Positions 1 to 12,571 of a stretch of DNA of 64,000 bases are shown here, one piece after another. Position 1 is the stretch's first letter. Every line of letters begins with the position of its first letter. Below the pieces are notes generated by a model, which saw nothing but the letters and a program-made list of their open reading frames with translations, was not told the DNA's origin and did not search any database. The DNA is from Octopus sinensis (lineage: Eukaryota), in contig NC_043000.1 of the NCBI RefSeq assembly GCF_006345805.1, positions 62,372,001 through 62,436,000 on the forward strand, given 5' to 3'. Both the position numbers and the translations under genes were made by a program.

Positions 1-41
1 TGTATTCCTTTCTCTTTCTCTCCTCTCACTTTCGACATATA

Positions 42-554
42 TCTATATATATAAAACTGTAGTTGTGTGAGTGTCTGTCCCCTTCGATTTAGATTCCTAA
101 CTACTCCCACATTTTGCGGTGCAGTTTAACCAAATTCGGGTATCTTATAGTCGTGATTTATATCAAGTCCGTCTGAGTATTAGCGTGCGTCTACGATGAG
201 TCTACGATTTTAAAAATAATTTAACATCATTTTTTATTCCATTTTAATGCATAATTTTTCGTGTGTCGATGGCGGCGGAGTTGGAGTCCATGGTCACACC
301 TGCACCTGTTTGCTTCTCCCCCTTCTTCCCTCCCTCGTGAAGCTGTGGGGAAGGGAGTGTAAGGAAATCAACGTCGTAAAGCGTTGTCAAGGAGACCAGC
401 GTTCTTTTAGAACAACGACTTCATGGCTTGAAGACACCAAAACAGAAATGGCTAAGAAAGCCCGAATTGGCATCTATAAGGGAAGTAACTCTCTAAAAAT
501 GCTTATATAGTTATTTCCCTTACAATCCCGAGCAACGCCGGGCAATACTGCTAG
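42..554 (+). mobile_element. Non-autonomous Helitron-like element
   Basis: Starts with TC (42-43) after an A. Ends with a GC-rich hairpin CCCG-agcaacgc-CGGG (527-542) and CTAG (551-554) followed by T, i.e. an A|T insertion with no TSD, which is the canonical Helitron end structure. Confidence 0.75.
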
Positions 555-956
555 TGTATGTATAAAGAAAGAGAGAGAGAGTAAGGGAGACAGAAGGAGA
601 AGAGTGAGAGAAAAACTAAATACACACACACACACACACACACATATGTATATATGTACCTACGTACGTACGAACACTATGTGTATATGTTATTAAGTTC
701 TTCGCTCTCCTGTGAGCACAGGCCTTTGACGACTTTTCTCCACTGTTCTCGACTCTGGAATTTTCTTTTCTGTTTTTCTCCAGTTAGAACCCTGCTTCTT
801 CTGTTATCTTTCCGATTTTGCTGCAACGCGTCAAATGTTTTCCTTGAGGGGAGGCCTTTCTCTCCTAGGCTCTGTCATTAGGGAACACAAGCCACCAAAC
901 CCCAACAAGGTCTGGACTTTGTGGTGGTTTTAATTCGTAAGTAATATATAAATAAA

Positions 957-1168
957 GGCGGAAAGCTGGCAGAATCGTTACGGTACCGGGCAAAATGCAT
1001 AGTGGCATTTCGACAGGTTTTACGTTCTGAGTTCAAATACTACCGAGGTTGACTTTGCCTTTCATTATTTCTGGGTCGATAAAATAAGTACCAGTTGAAT
1101 TCTGAGGTCGATCTAATCGACTTAACCCCCATCATCGAATTTGCTACCCTTGACCCAAAATTTGAATC
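957..1168 (+). mobile_element. tRNA-derived SINE, family A (decayed)
   Basis: GGCGG..agctggcagaa A-box-like head, gagttcaaat B box, and gtcgac/ggggtcgat body shared with the copies at 22653, 40330, 43794 and 55402. Confidence 0.75.
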
Positions 1169-1199
1169 CAATATTTATATAATGCCGTAAGCCAAAATA

Positions 1200-2525
1200 A
1201 CATGCATAATAACAACAATTGCAGTTATAGAACCTTTTCATCCTGCTCTGTAGAGGGACACTGTCTCTCAAGCAATATTGGCTATAGCACAACTGTAGCC
1301 ACGAATATTGCACCATCTACTATATATACACTTATAAGATCTACAGCAAACCAGTTCAAAACACGATACAACCCACACACACATTTTTGCAACCCAAAGA
1401 GGAAAATGATATATCTATTTCTAAACATATGAAGACATTAAAACCAAGAAATACTCAATTGACAATTAAATGGAAAATATTGACACACGCACAAAAATAC
1501 AAAGGTAACAACGAACCCTTCCAACTCTGCACCATCAAATTCTACCATATTCTTACATTAACGAACCCCACTCTGAACCGAAACTCTGAATTGGTTTCCT
1601 CATGTAAGCACAAAATCTTTAAAACATTAAAACACTTCAAGCCAATTGATTTTCCTAACGGCTAAATATAGTAAAATACCTCATCTCCCTCTTTCTCCCA
1701 TTATAGCTTCTCCATTAATTACCTCCATAATAATGCACATAAAATTAATATTACAGCTTTACACGTCATGCAGAAATGATCTATGAGTTACTGAATTTTA
1801 AAAAAGTTCCCCACCAAATTTTCTAAAATGAGTCTATACACCTACAAAAACACGCATATATTCATACAAAGACGATAGAGAAATAATATGGGTTAGAATT
1901 TCTTACGCATTTTTTTATAACGCCAACTTTTTACATATTTTAAGTACAAATAATATCGTATAAAAAGTAGCCATGCTTGAAGCTGAAGGTAAGAAATATT
2001 TATGAAAACAGCCCACAAACTTCACGTTAAAACTCATATATAGTAACCAATTTCCTACTACGACCCCCTAGAGACAGCCATGCTGATGAACAACTTTTTA
2101 AACTTACATATTCTCGTGAACATTAAGACAAATTTTCCGTATTACTATCACTATCATATTCTTAAGTGATAACAAACACCCTCTCAGCATTAACAGGTGA
2201 AAACCATAAATAATACAAACATGCCAACTAACTAAACCTTGGTAACTACTTACATTCTTTTGTGAGCCCTTAATACCAATCCTCTACAGTTGACATACCA
2301 AGTGTCACATCTAATAACAAAGGTTAAAGCACTGGACTTAGATTAAACTTAGATAAATTTAGAGTTAACCTTCACATTATCAAAATAAACAGTTAATATA
2401 CCTTTAATATGTAAATAAGACTAGCAACAATCGAAAACCAAGTGGCAAATCTGCTGACAAACAAGCAAATTACATTCATTCTTTTCTGAATTCCTATGAC
2501 CTGAAGAGGGTACACCTAAACATTA
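1200..2525 (+). mobile_element. Penelope-like element remnant (GIY-YIG C-terminus plus 3' region)
   Basis: ORFs 1202-1432 and 1387-1665 give CSVEGHCLSSNIGY..TANQFKTRYNPH..IKWKIL..QLCT..LNRNSELVSSCKH, typical of a PLE GIY-YIG domain. A hammerhead-like relic lies at 2501-2524. The extent beyond 1665 is uncertain. Confidence 0.65.
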
Positions 2526-2629
2526 ACATCTAATTACAAAACTCAACATGCATGAATAAAATCTAACAATTAGCACTTGCCAAAATTGAATCAATAAAAG
2601 TTTTCCATACCATATTGCCATGGAGCTTT

Positions 2630-2878
2630 TTTATCGTTATCTTTATCTGTTTAACTGTTACTTTAGCTGTTTCAATCATTAGACTGTGACAAAGCTGGGG
2701 CTCCTCCTTGAAGAAGTGTTAGCTGAATGAATCGACCTCCGTGCTTATTTTGTTAAACCTACAACTTATCCTACCGGTATTTGTCACCGAACCGCTAAGT
2801 TACGGGAAAGTAAACACACCAACACCGGTTGTCGAGCGGTGGTAGGGGACAAACATAGACACAAAGACACAAAGACAA

Positions 2879-2880
<2 letters not shown>
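2630..2880 (-). mobile_element. SINE family B, 3' half
   Basis: Reverse complement of the ..tgtttgtcccc..cttagcggttcgg..gtcgat..gactgaaaca 3' body also seen at 47880-48040 and 59550-59745. Confidence 0.7.
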
Positions 2881-2955
<75 letters not shown>

Positions 2956-2959
2956 AAAT

Positions 2960-4120
2960 ATACAAAGAGCAAAGATACTGAAGATTCAGTAAAAAAAGTC
3001 CAACAACCAAATTGCAACTGACTCAAACCAACAGACTCAAAACAGTATCTCCTTTTCAGTTCACGCCATCCTAAACACACCAAAATAAATATCCCATTCA
3101 ATCTAGCAAAAAAAGATATGTACAATTGTATCTGACACAACCACTCAGGAACTTCGCCTACAAGAACTCAAAATAACACGTATTGAACGTCAATGCCCAC
3201 CTACACTAATAGAACAAGGAATTGAACGTGCCAAGAAATTGGACACAAACACACTAAGGACAACAAGACAAAACACCACACCTCACCTTAACTCACTCCC
3301 ATACATATCAACACACAACCCCAGAAACAATGAAGCATACAACACAATTATACAAAATCTTCCTCTGCTCACTCAAGATCCGAAAATGAACAGCATTCTA
3401 AATACACACAAACTACTAAAATGCAAAAGACAAGACAAATCACTTAAGAGACTCCTAACAAATGCAAAACTATACTCAATACAAACGATACCAACAGTTA
3501 AAAAATGCAGACGACCTAATTGTGGTACATGCCCATACCTAACTAAAGGCTCGGAATTCACATTCCAGCATGGAAAAGAATTCTCAATTAAGACCATCTT
3601 CACATGTGCTTTCTACAAACTTATATATGTCCTAACCTGCTCAGGCTGCGGTCACAATTATGTGAGCCAAACGAGCCTTACTTTGAGACGCAGAGTCAGA
3701 CTACATAAAGAACAGATTCGTTTCCCTCAATATAGGCATATAGCACTGAGCGGACATATCGACAGATGCGCAAGTAATAAAACGACGAATTTTCATATCT
3801 TCCCATTATACCAATGCAAAGATTCAATCTCAGTACAAGAACGCCTAAACAAGGAAAACCTGTCCATACAAAAGTACAGACCACACCTCAATATACAAAT
3901 TTGACTGTATTAAAAATTATACTAAGGAGCAAGTTGCTCCCCTTGCCACCTATCGCCTCCCTTGGTTCACTCTCTAGACTCATTCTTATTTTTCGAACAT
4001 CCCAAATGACGAAAACCCTTTGTCACGAGAATTGATTACTGTACAATGTCCCTTGAAAAGCTAACTTGAATAGCGAAAGCCGGTTGGATTTCACATGTAT
4101 ATATTTATAAAAATATATTA
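2960..4120 (+). mobile_element. Penelope-like element (RT C-terminus plus GIY-YIG endonuclease), 5'-truncated
   Basis: KPTDSKQYLLFSSRHPKHTKINIPFNLAK (RT C-terminus). ORF 3239-3904 carries CRRPNCGTC..LIYVLTCSGCGHNYVSQT..LRRRVRLH (Cys-rich linker plus GIY-YIG). Same family as 41260-42225. Confidence 0.9.
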
Positions 4121-4181
4121 AATATATGAAACGAAGCCATTTCTCTTCCACTTTTTATATTTGTTTTCCACGTATTTTCAA

Positions 4182-4238
<57 letters not shown>

Positions 4239-4240
<2 letters not shown>

Positions 4241-4394
4241 GACGAGCTTCTTTCAGTTTGCGTCTGCCAAATCCACTCACAAGGCTTTACCGTGGCTGCA
4301 GTAGAAGGCACTTGCCGAAAGTGCCATGCAGTGTGAGTGAACCCGGAAACATGTGGTTGGGAAGCAAGCTTGTTATCACACAGTCACGCTGGCG
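4239..4394 (-). mobile_element. SINE family B, 5' (tRNA-head) half
   Basis: Reverse complement of the ..tggttccgggttca..ggcacttt..ccttgtgagtggatttgg..aaactgaaagaagc head. It completes the half at 2630-2880. Confidence 0.7.
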
Positions 4395-4575
4395 TCTAAA
4401 GTCATTCAACAGAAATTAGGTTACTCTAGAAAATTATAACTTAACAGAAACTGTATAAATTCAAGATTAACTTAAATGAGTCGAAGAAGTCACTAAGAGT
4501 ACTATTCCTCTTACATATTCATAAACATACACACACATATACACACACACACACCTATATATTTATGCACATTCT

Positions 4576-4823
4576 CCTCGATTTATGACTGAGTTCCGTT
4601 GCGACTGTCAAGACGTAAGTCGATCTGGTCGTATGTCGGACAGAGGTAAGCAGTGGATGCGTGGGTCTGAGGGCGGATTGATTTGCCAGATACTGCCATA
4701 GTCATCATATGGACAGCTGCTGAACGTTCGAAAATCAATTATCTATTTATTTTTTATTTCCTTATTTTTTGTGGGTGGTCGTAAGTGCGGATGATCCGAA
4801 GTCGCATAGGTCGTAAGTCAATG
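4576..4823. mobile_element. Putative pogo/Tigger-like MITE
   Basis: Imperfect terminal inverted repeats cctcgatttatgac (4576) and gtcgtaagtcaatg (4810-4823). Repeated cgtaagt motifs inside, no ORF. Confidence 0.4.
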
Positions 4824-4838
4824 CGTGTGTGTGTGTGC

Positions 4839-4912
<74 letters not shown>

Positions 4913-5014
4913 GTATGTATATAAGTGTGTGTATGTATGCATGTATGTATGTATGTATGTATGTATGTATGTATGTATGCATGCATGCATGTATGTATGT
5001 ATATGTTAATAACA

Positions 5015-6640
5015 CCTGTAAAGAGGTGCTTTATTCATTCACTAAAGTGAATGGAGCCTTGGCCCGGAGGAACTGATGTCATCAGACAGTATCCATCGTT
5101 CGACTCTGAACCGTAACACCCTCCCGTTGGTGGGTCAGCAGAGGTGGCCAAGACACTGCTCCTCAACTCCTCCTGGCTTCCAGCTTAACTCTTCTGTCTT
5201 ACACTAAAGCCAGCAAGAGGCTCTTTCAGCTGCTTCTCCCATCCTGCACACAGCCATCCTTCACTCCTTACTTCACATTCGAATTGCTGTAAGAATCCTC
5301 TATACCAACTGGGCAGGGAATCCCCTACAGCCAACCTCGACTGGGAAAGACCATAGCTGTCATCTCTTCTCCTTGCAATTCTGCAGAAGGCTCTCATATC
5401 CGGCATGCTTCCGTTCATGGGCCTCATCACAACCCTCTTCCCACGGGACTATTAGTTCAATTACGATAATTTTCTTGACCTTTTCAGAGAAGATGACCAC
5501 ATCTGGCCTCAGGGTTATATGTACTACCTGTGGAAACTGCAATCTCTCCTCTAAATCCACTTTCATATCCCATCACTTTCATAGCTTGCAGCAAGCTATG
5601 TATTGATTTTGCTGGCTTTATTGTTTCATGAACTTAATTGCTGCCGTTACCTTCCCTTGGTGATGATGTTTCTTGCACCTTTCCTGCTCCAGGGTGTGAA
5701 TAAGTATTGCAAGCACCCTATCACGGTATCTTTAAAATTTGTCTTGAGAAAGTGCTATTCTGCATCCGGCCAAGATGTGTACCAGAGTTCCCCTTTCTCC
5801 ACAAAATATACACAGCTGGTCTTCCCTCAAACCCCATCTGTGCAGGTTTGTTGGCGTCGGGAGTGTATCATACATCACCCGAAGCAAGAAGCGAAAAGGT
5901 TCAAGCCTCCACAGATCAGTCCATGTCAGCTTCCTCTTAGGGAGATCCCATTTAATCCATGCACCCTTAGATACCAACTCCACAGCTCTGGATTTTCTTT
6001 TATCTTCCCCCTGGTACTACACTGCTTCCTGGGTCATAACCCGCCTCTCCCTGGTGTCTGCTTTCTTCCATTGTTGGGAATAGGAAGAACTAAAACCCGG
6101 GCAACAGCTGCATGTAGTTTCAAGGATGTCGTATAGATCCAGCATCCCTTTAGCTCGAGCAACTGCGACGCTAGCTATCCACTTTCGCCCAGACCTTGTG
6201 GTATACCTGCATGTCTGACATGCTAGTCCTTAGAGTCTCTGTACAGCATTACAACATTACATTTTACTACTTTAAATTCCTCCACTACGGATGACAGGGG
6301 ATGTTGTAGCTGCCCCGAACTTATGTACAGGCCTATTAAGTGAAGCTTGGGGGAACACCTAACCATTTTCGGAGGTATTTATTTATCTTCCCCTCCACTC
6401 TTTTCAAACTTGCCATTGGAACATCATACAACGCCAACAACCGTTGGTAGAGCCATGCCTTGAACTTTTCTGGAAGCCCTGATCTATCAATCCTCATCAG
6501 CCACTCATCTGTTTGCTTCACCATTCTGGTGACATTGCTTGTGTTTGACAGAGACTTGTCAAACATCTTTCCAAGGCACTTAATAGGATTTTCCTCTGTT
6601 ATGGAATGACCTCTCCTTGAACTTGCAGCCTCATTTTGTT
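5015..6640 (-). mobile_element. HERO-clade RLE non-LTR retrotransposon, 5'-truncated, frameshifted
   Basis: IDRSGLPEKFKAWLYQ..KWLGVP; YDTLPTPTNLHRWG..CIFCGERGTLVHILAGC (CCHC knuckle); TLRPDVVIFSE..IELIVPWEE (PD-D/ExK restriction-like endonuclease). Confidence 0.85.
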
Positions 6641-7199
6641 GTTTACCCTATCCCCCCTCCTGATTAGAATGCTCCTCGATTTTTTTGTGGGGCTTATCGT
6701 AGAGTCTGAAGGGGGAAATCCTAAGTTTGTTTGTTTTAAAAAACATCAGTTCTTTCAAAAAATAAACTTCTTTGTCGTATAGCAAAATAGATAAAAAGAA
6801 ATAGAGGGGGTATAAGATTTTATCATTTTTCTTAATCTAATCGTTTCCCGACAATTTTGCGGGGGTAATATGATACTTGAATCGATACCCAAATAAAAAT
6901 TCGAGAAATCAAATATTTAAAACCATAAAATAGATCATTTCAGGTGCATGACACGAAAGTTGATCTAAATAAGCAAATAGTCATCAGTTTTCATTGCCTA
7001 ATTATCAATGTCTACCATGTATAGAAGATTAAAATGTATATAAATAGAAGCACTCATGTATATGTGTATCATTTATTATCAGGAGCTGATAGATTCAACA
7101 AGAATTTATATTATGTAATCTTTGCGATACCGCAATCCAACAGGTATTTTGTTGTTAGCGTATTTTTAACAGACTTGAAGTATTTCTATATGCTGACTC

Positions 7200-8741
7200 C
7201 AAAACCGGAATGCATTTTTTTACCATCACGTCTTTTGCCAGTTTCCTAATTCTTCAGAAAAACGCATTGTTTACTAATGAAATTTGGTACAAAACTTCGC
7301 GAGTTTGATGACCAAGAAGTATGAACCGAGTCAGAAGCCAGAGATGATCCGAATCACTTTAGCACTAGCTCATTAAATCATCTGTTATTTGACCAAAATG
7401 AACTCAGTGACTAGGTAAGGGGCTTACAGTTATCAACAGTATCTGCAGAGATTCTTGCGACTCGATTAAAGAGAAAGGCCTTCTTAAAGCAGAAACCAAA
7501 GTCACCTCCTATCGCAGTAGATATGTTGAATTTCTTCTGTTCTTCATATAAAACAATGAGTTAGTGTATAGGACAGATTGAGGGTCTGATTCAGAGGATG
7601 GGATTGGCGTAATACAATGCAAATGATTGGCGTCTTTTTATTGATAGCTCGAAAAGGAGTTTGAAATGTGTTCTACTTCATAATGGAAATATATTAGCCT
7701 GTGCTCTCCCTACAAGACTAGCAGAGAATTACGAAGTCGTGAAAGCGGTTCTAAAGGAAAGTAAGTATCTACAGATGTCACCTAACTGGATGATATCTGT
7801 AGACTTTAAGATGGTAATTTCTCTCCTGGAGCAACAAAATGGATACACCGAATATCCATTCTTTTTATGCATATTGGACAGCAAGAAGCAAAGAAAAACA
7901 TTGAATGATTAAAGAACAGCCGCAGTGAATGTTAGCTGAAGAGACTTAAATTCAACTGGGGTAAATCACCCTACCTCTACTCCTTAACAAACTTGGCATT
8001 ATGAAGCCTTTTTTTCTTTTAAAGCTCTGGATAAAGATGAACTGTGCTTTCATTACATCTGCATCATATTTTCCGGTCTGAGCAGTGAAAAGGTAAAATC
8101 TGGAGTATTTAACGGGCTCAAATCAGAAATTGGGGAAAGGTAGGAACTTAGTAAATTCAATAATTAGCATTGAAGCAATTTTAACTATTGTAAACTACTT
8201 TCTTGGCAACAAGAAAGCAGGCAACAATGCCGAAATGGTCGACAACATGCTGGACAACTTTCAAATATGAATCTAAAGGGAAACTAGTCCAACAGTCAGC
8301 CTCATATATTCCCTGAAAAAATTTGGTTGAGCAAGGAGTTCTCTCGGGACATAAAATCAATGGAACAAAAGTATCAAAGCAGATGGGTGTTGCATATGAT
8401 GGCAGACACCTCATGGAACTCAAGTACTCAAAAAAATCATCCAAACGCAAATTCATAGGTAATTACGCATAAACAATGATGTAATTTGTCGGTATAAATT
8501 TTAAGATTTGTACTGGATTTTCAGTAGAATTTTAAGAAAACATTCTGGTTTTGAAGAAAAACCAATTTCTATGTGTTTGTATGTTATGCCTTGTTACTTA
8601 TAAGCTGTTTCATAGACAAAAGAATGAAATTCTATGGCTCCGTCATCTTAAAACCTTGATGTAGTTTTAATAAATGGATGTTATTTTCGGATTCTGTGCG
8701 TCAATAAGCCTCTAGGTGAAAGAAAAAAATGTGTTGACCTG
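7200..8741 (+). mobile_element. Chapaev/CMC-type DNA transposon transposase relic
   Basis: NDWRLFIDSSKRSLKCVLLHNGN (~7620), KLGIMK..KALDKD (~7990) and EQG..DIKSMEQKYQSRW..MMAD (~8330), all with stops and frameshifts. The superfamily call is from remembered motif similarity, and the left end is unclear. Confidence 0.65.
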
Positions 8742-9629
8742 AATACTAATTAATGATGGCTCCGAATAAAACCAGTGAGAAGCTGACTGCCATATGTAAT
8801 ATGTATATTTAGTATCTACGTATTTAGCAACATTTAATGTTAATCTCGCCACTTTACAAAATATCTGAGTAAAACAATTTCAAATACTTTACTCTAGTTG
8901 TACATATTACTGATATTTTTAATGGAGGATAAATTAGACTGGTTGAATATATTTCTGCATATTACTGTTATTCAATTCTCAGACTCAAAACATATTGTGA
9001 TGGACAATTTGTCCCGTAACCTCAGTAGGTCGTTGAAGTTAACAACAAAGACAGAGAGGAGAAAATTACACAAAATCTTCCATGTTAAGAGGATTAGTTG
9101 TAGGGAGAGAGCAAGGAAGCAAAACACTAGCTGGGAAATTACAGCTAAGTAGTAGAATCCGAAGAATTATCGCTAGTATCTACAGCGATAATTAATGAGC
9201 ATAACCAATTCAAATTTGGAATAAGATAATTTACTGTGAGAAACAATCAAGTCTAAAGTTTCAGATAGTACCCTTAAATGAAGAGAGATGTTTTCTGATA
9301 AAATTAAATAGAATAGTTTGAGAATAAGAATAGGTAGAAAAGGGGAGATAATAAGAGAAGAGAAGAGGGTAAGGAGAAAATAGTGAAAAGTAAGAAGAAA
9401 GTTACAAAATGACATATATTGGACAGCTTTCAAAGACGCTAATCAACGACAATGCCATCCATTTTGAACACTGAAGAGAGATGGTAAAGATCAGGAGAAG
9501 GGTAGACAAGTAGGAGATAATTATTAATAAGGAATCTGGCAAACACCACTTTGAGAAGGTGGCTGCCAAATTTGAAAAACCATACAGAGACAATAAGGGA
9601 ACGAAGTCAAGAAAAGAGAAATGAATGTA

Positions 9630-9699
<70 letters not shown>

Positions 9700-9727
9700 T
9701 ACATACATACATTCATACATACATAAA

Positions 9728-9761
<34 letters not shown>

Positions 9762-10507
9762 TATATGATATATATGCGTATAGATGTGTGTGTGTATACA
9801 CACATATGTATGTATGTATATATGTAATGATCGCACTTGCAATTGCAGTTGGCGTCATTTGCAAAGTATTTCAGCATATAAAGTTCTAAATTTACTTATA
9901 ACTAGATAAATTGGGTTAGGGTTAGATGTATAAGTATCTTCTCTGCGAAGACAAAATAATTCTGATGACGGTTGGATACAACAGCGATTACCAAATTATC
10001 TATTACATAGCAGCAGCGTTGCCATTCTTTACTGTCAAGGCATCAATAGTGAAACGAAGTACCCACTCCCAGTTATGATGTTATTAGCCTGTTCCCATAT
10101 GTATGTGTGTGTGTGTTTTCTTCTTGCTTTTCTTTCTTTGGAGTCAGACCAGAGAAAGTGAAAGTATTATAGAACTGATTATCCTATCGTGTGAAGGATA
10201 TGAAAATCTACATTATCTAATTCAACTTTACTTAAAACGGTAGGGGCTCTCGGCGAGCACATTGGACTTGGAGATAAACTCTCAGTCGTTCGAATCTTCG
10301 AACCTGTTTCCATTTCAGACGAAATAAAGTCATTTCAATGCATTTATTTTACTAACTAAAGCCAATGGGAATGACATTACTATCAAAACTTACAATTCTT
10401 CCATAAATCTCAACTGTTGATCTTAAAGAGAAATCAATATATGTAGAGAGACATTATATATTAATTACTTCTTACGTTATGGTTCTCGAAACAAATTAAA
10501 ATAAGTT

Positions 10508-10542
<35 letters not shown>

Positions 10543-11769
10543 GTATGTGTGTGTGTGTGTGTGCGTCAAGCACGCAGTGTGCATACATGGCGTATATGTG
10601 CGTGTGCTTCGTTTCTGATGGTGACATATTTGTGTAACTGTTCATACATATGTATTCCATCAAGACTAACTTTCTAATAGAAGTGAATGAGCAATTTCGA
10701 TGGGCAATATATTAATTTTACCGTTTATATGACTTCCTTGGGATGAGCACAGTTTTGTAGCCGAAGACAGCTTCTGTCTTTATACTATAATACTTCGAAT
10801 AGAGTCAATTCTTGTGTATTTTCCTATTTTCTCACTTAAATGATATGTTTACGACATACATTAGCCTTTATTGAATTATCGTAACTCTAGAGGGCTCTGG
10901 CCATTTTTAATTGCTCTCAAGGCGTGCCAGCATATAAGAATTTTACCTCTGTAACTCAACCCATGGAATTGTAGCCATGAAAATATTTGCTAGAAACAAT
11001 CAAGATCCTGAATCTTTTCCAATCGTCCTCTAGATACAAGAAACCATAACAGACTTCTTGTTGTGTATATGAACTAAGAATCCATAGATTCTTAATAAAG
11101 CATAAAATGCGATCTCGTTCTGAATATTACCTGTAAGTGATATGCTGTTCATCATGACCACACGAAATCAAAATAATATATGCATGTTAATATAAAATAT
11201 TTTATCTTTTGTTTTCTAGACTTTCTATAATATCTATTTTCTCATCATTTTTGTACCCTGCACATGACACAAATAACGACTAGATTAAATATTTTATTAC
11301 AGGATACTGAGAACGTTTGATCCCAACACAAATCAAATAAATATGTATATACTTCACTCAATAATATATTCTAAAATAACATGCCAGCTTAAAAAAATTA
11401 GAATGGGTGGTTTTTCAGAGGTGAAGGCGACAATGCTGGTACTATATTAATGCTTGTCGTTTACCACCAAGTTAACCATGATCAAACACGGTGACAGGGT
11501 TAATAGTGGTGTTAGTACTAGTGGGTGTTTTGATGGAAGTGGTGTTGTGATGAAAGATAAGTAATGTAGTGGTTACAGTGATGATAGGAATGGTGCGTGT
11601 ATTGGTTTAGTTGTAAGGAGGTAGTGATGGAAGTAATGGTACGACGAAAGTAATGGTAATAATAGTGATTAGGTTTGGGATACAGTTTAGATAGAAGCTA
11701 GAAATTAATTCAGTTATAACGATATCTGCTTATATATTTATACATCAATTTCAAAGAGTACGCAAGAAC

Positions 11770-12110
11770 AATAATGCTTTTTTATTAACATCAAATGACT
11801 ACCAAACTAGATAGAAATATAGGTTTTCATATGTGCAATCACTATCAGTACACCTGTAGTTACCATTAACATCAAAAGAATGCGTCTGAAAATATGGAGA
11901 AATAGAAGGAATTTTAGCAGGAACAATGACTCATATCAATATTAGAGATACATCATCAGAAACAACGATACTACAAAGACGGAAAAAAAAACAGTGTATA
12001 CAACGTTAGAATAGATTGCACGACAAATATGATGGTATCTAATTTCATCACCGTAGCTACAGAAGCAAAGGCCAAAGCCTAGCAATGATATACCCCTAAA
12101 ATATTCCAGG
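11770..12110 (+). mobile_element. Decayed fragment, possibly a second R4/Dong-type LINE subfamily
   Basis: Contains EIEGILAG, positionally like the AETEGFLIAAQDQ motif. The first 148 bp are an inverted copy of 13354-13491. Confidence 0.35.
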
Positions 12111-12300
12111 TGTCAGAAAGCTGACTCACCTTAGACAATAATAACTCAAGTAGTTAACATGATAATAAATAAATATCTAACGAACAATTGTCTCACTGGT
12201 GGCGGCTCGATCTGCTAAGAATAGCAGCGTCGTCCACAAAGTATTATTTCCATTGTTTAGAAAAATCGAATTCTAAAATGATTAACTTAGAAAGAATGAC

Positions 12301-12460
12301 ACAGTGCTATATTTAAGAGATGAGGAATTATGTACATTATTTACATTTGACGGATATTTGTCCCCATCTTCTTTGTTGTTAACACAACGTTTCGGCTGAT
12401 ATATCCTCCAGCCTTTATCAGGTGTCATGGGCTCTCATTCCTGAGGTATTTTTCGATGTT
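12301..12460 (-). mobile_element. Short hammerhead-bearing repeat (PLE pLTR-like), copy 1
   Basis: Reverse complement matches 13706-13855, apart from a ~17-bp deletion. Begins directly after an (AAT)n tract in its own orientation. Confidence 0.7.
12381..12426 (-). ncRNA. Minimal type-I hammerhead ribozyme motif (G8>A variant)
   Basis: Minus strand reads gACAC CTGATAA a GGCTG gaggatatat CAGCC GAAAC GTT GTGT. Helix I ACAC/GTGT, helix II GGCTG/CAGCC, palindromic helix III ACGT. Confidence 0.7.
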
Positions 12461-12461
12461 A

Positions 12462-12473
12462 TCATTATCATCA

Positions 12474-12570
<97 letters not shown>

Positions 12571-12571
12571 C
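12462..12571. repeat. (ATT)n microsatellite
   Basis: About 100 bp of near-perfect ATT repeats abutting the Dong 3' end. Confidence 0.98.

Noticed and set aside
5060-5110. CGAAAC..CTGATGA on the minus strand in the HERO 3' UTR as a type-II hammerhead
   Set aside because: Only 12 nt separate GAAAC and CTGA, too few for helices III and I. There is no GUH site and no G10.1-C11.1 pair.
9912-9926. gggttagggttag as interstitial telomeric sequence
   Set aside because: Only about two units, which is expected by chance.
10284-10302. GTTCGAATCTTCGAAC B-box-like hairpin as a Pol III gene
   Set aside because: No properly spaced A box, cloverleaf or T-run terminator.
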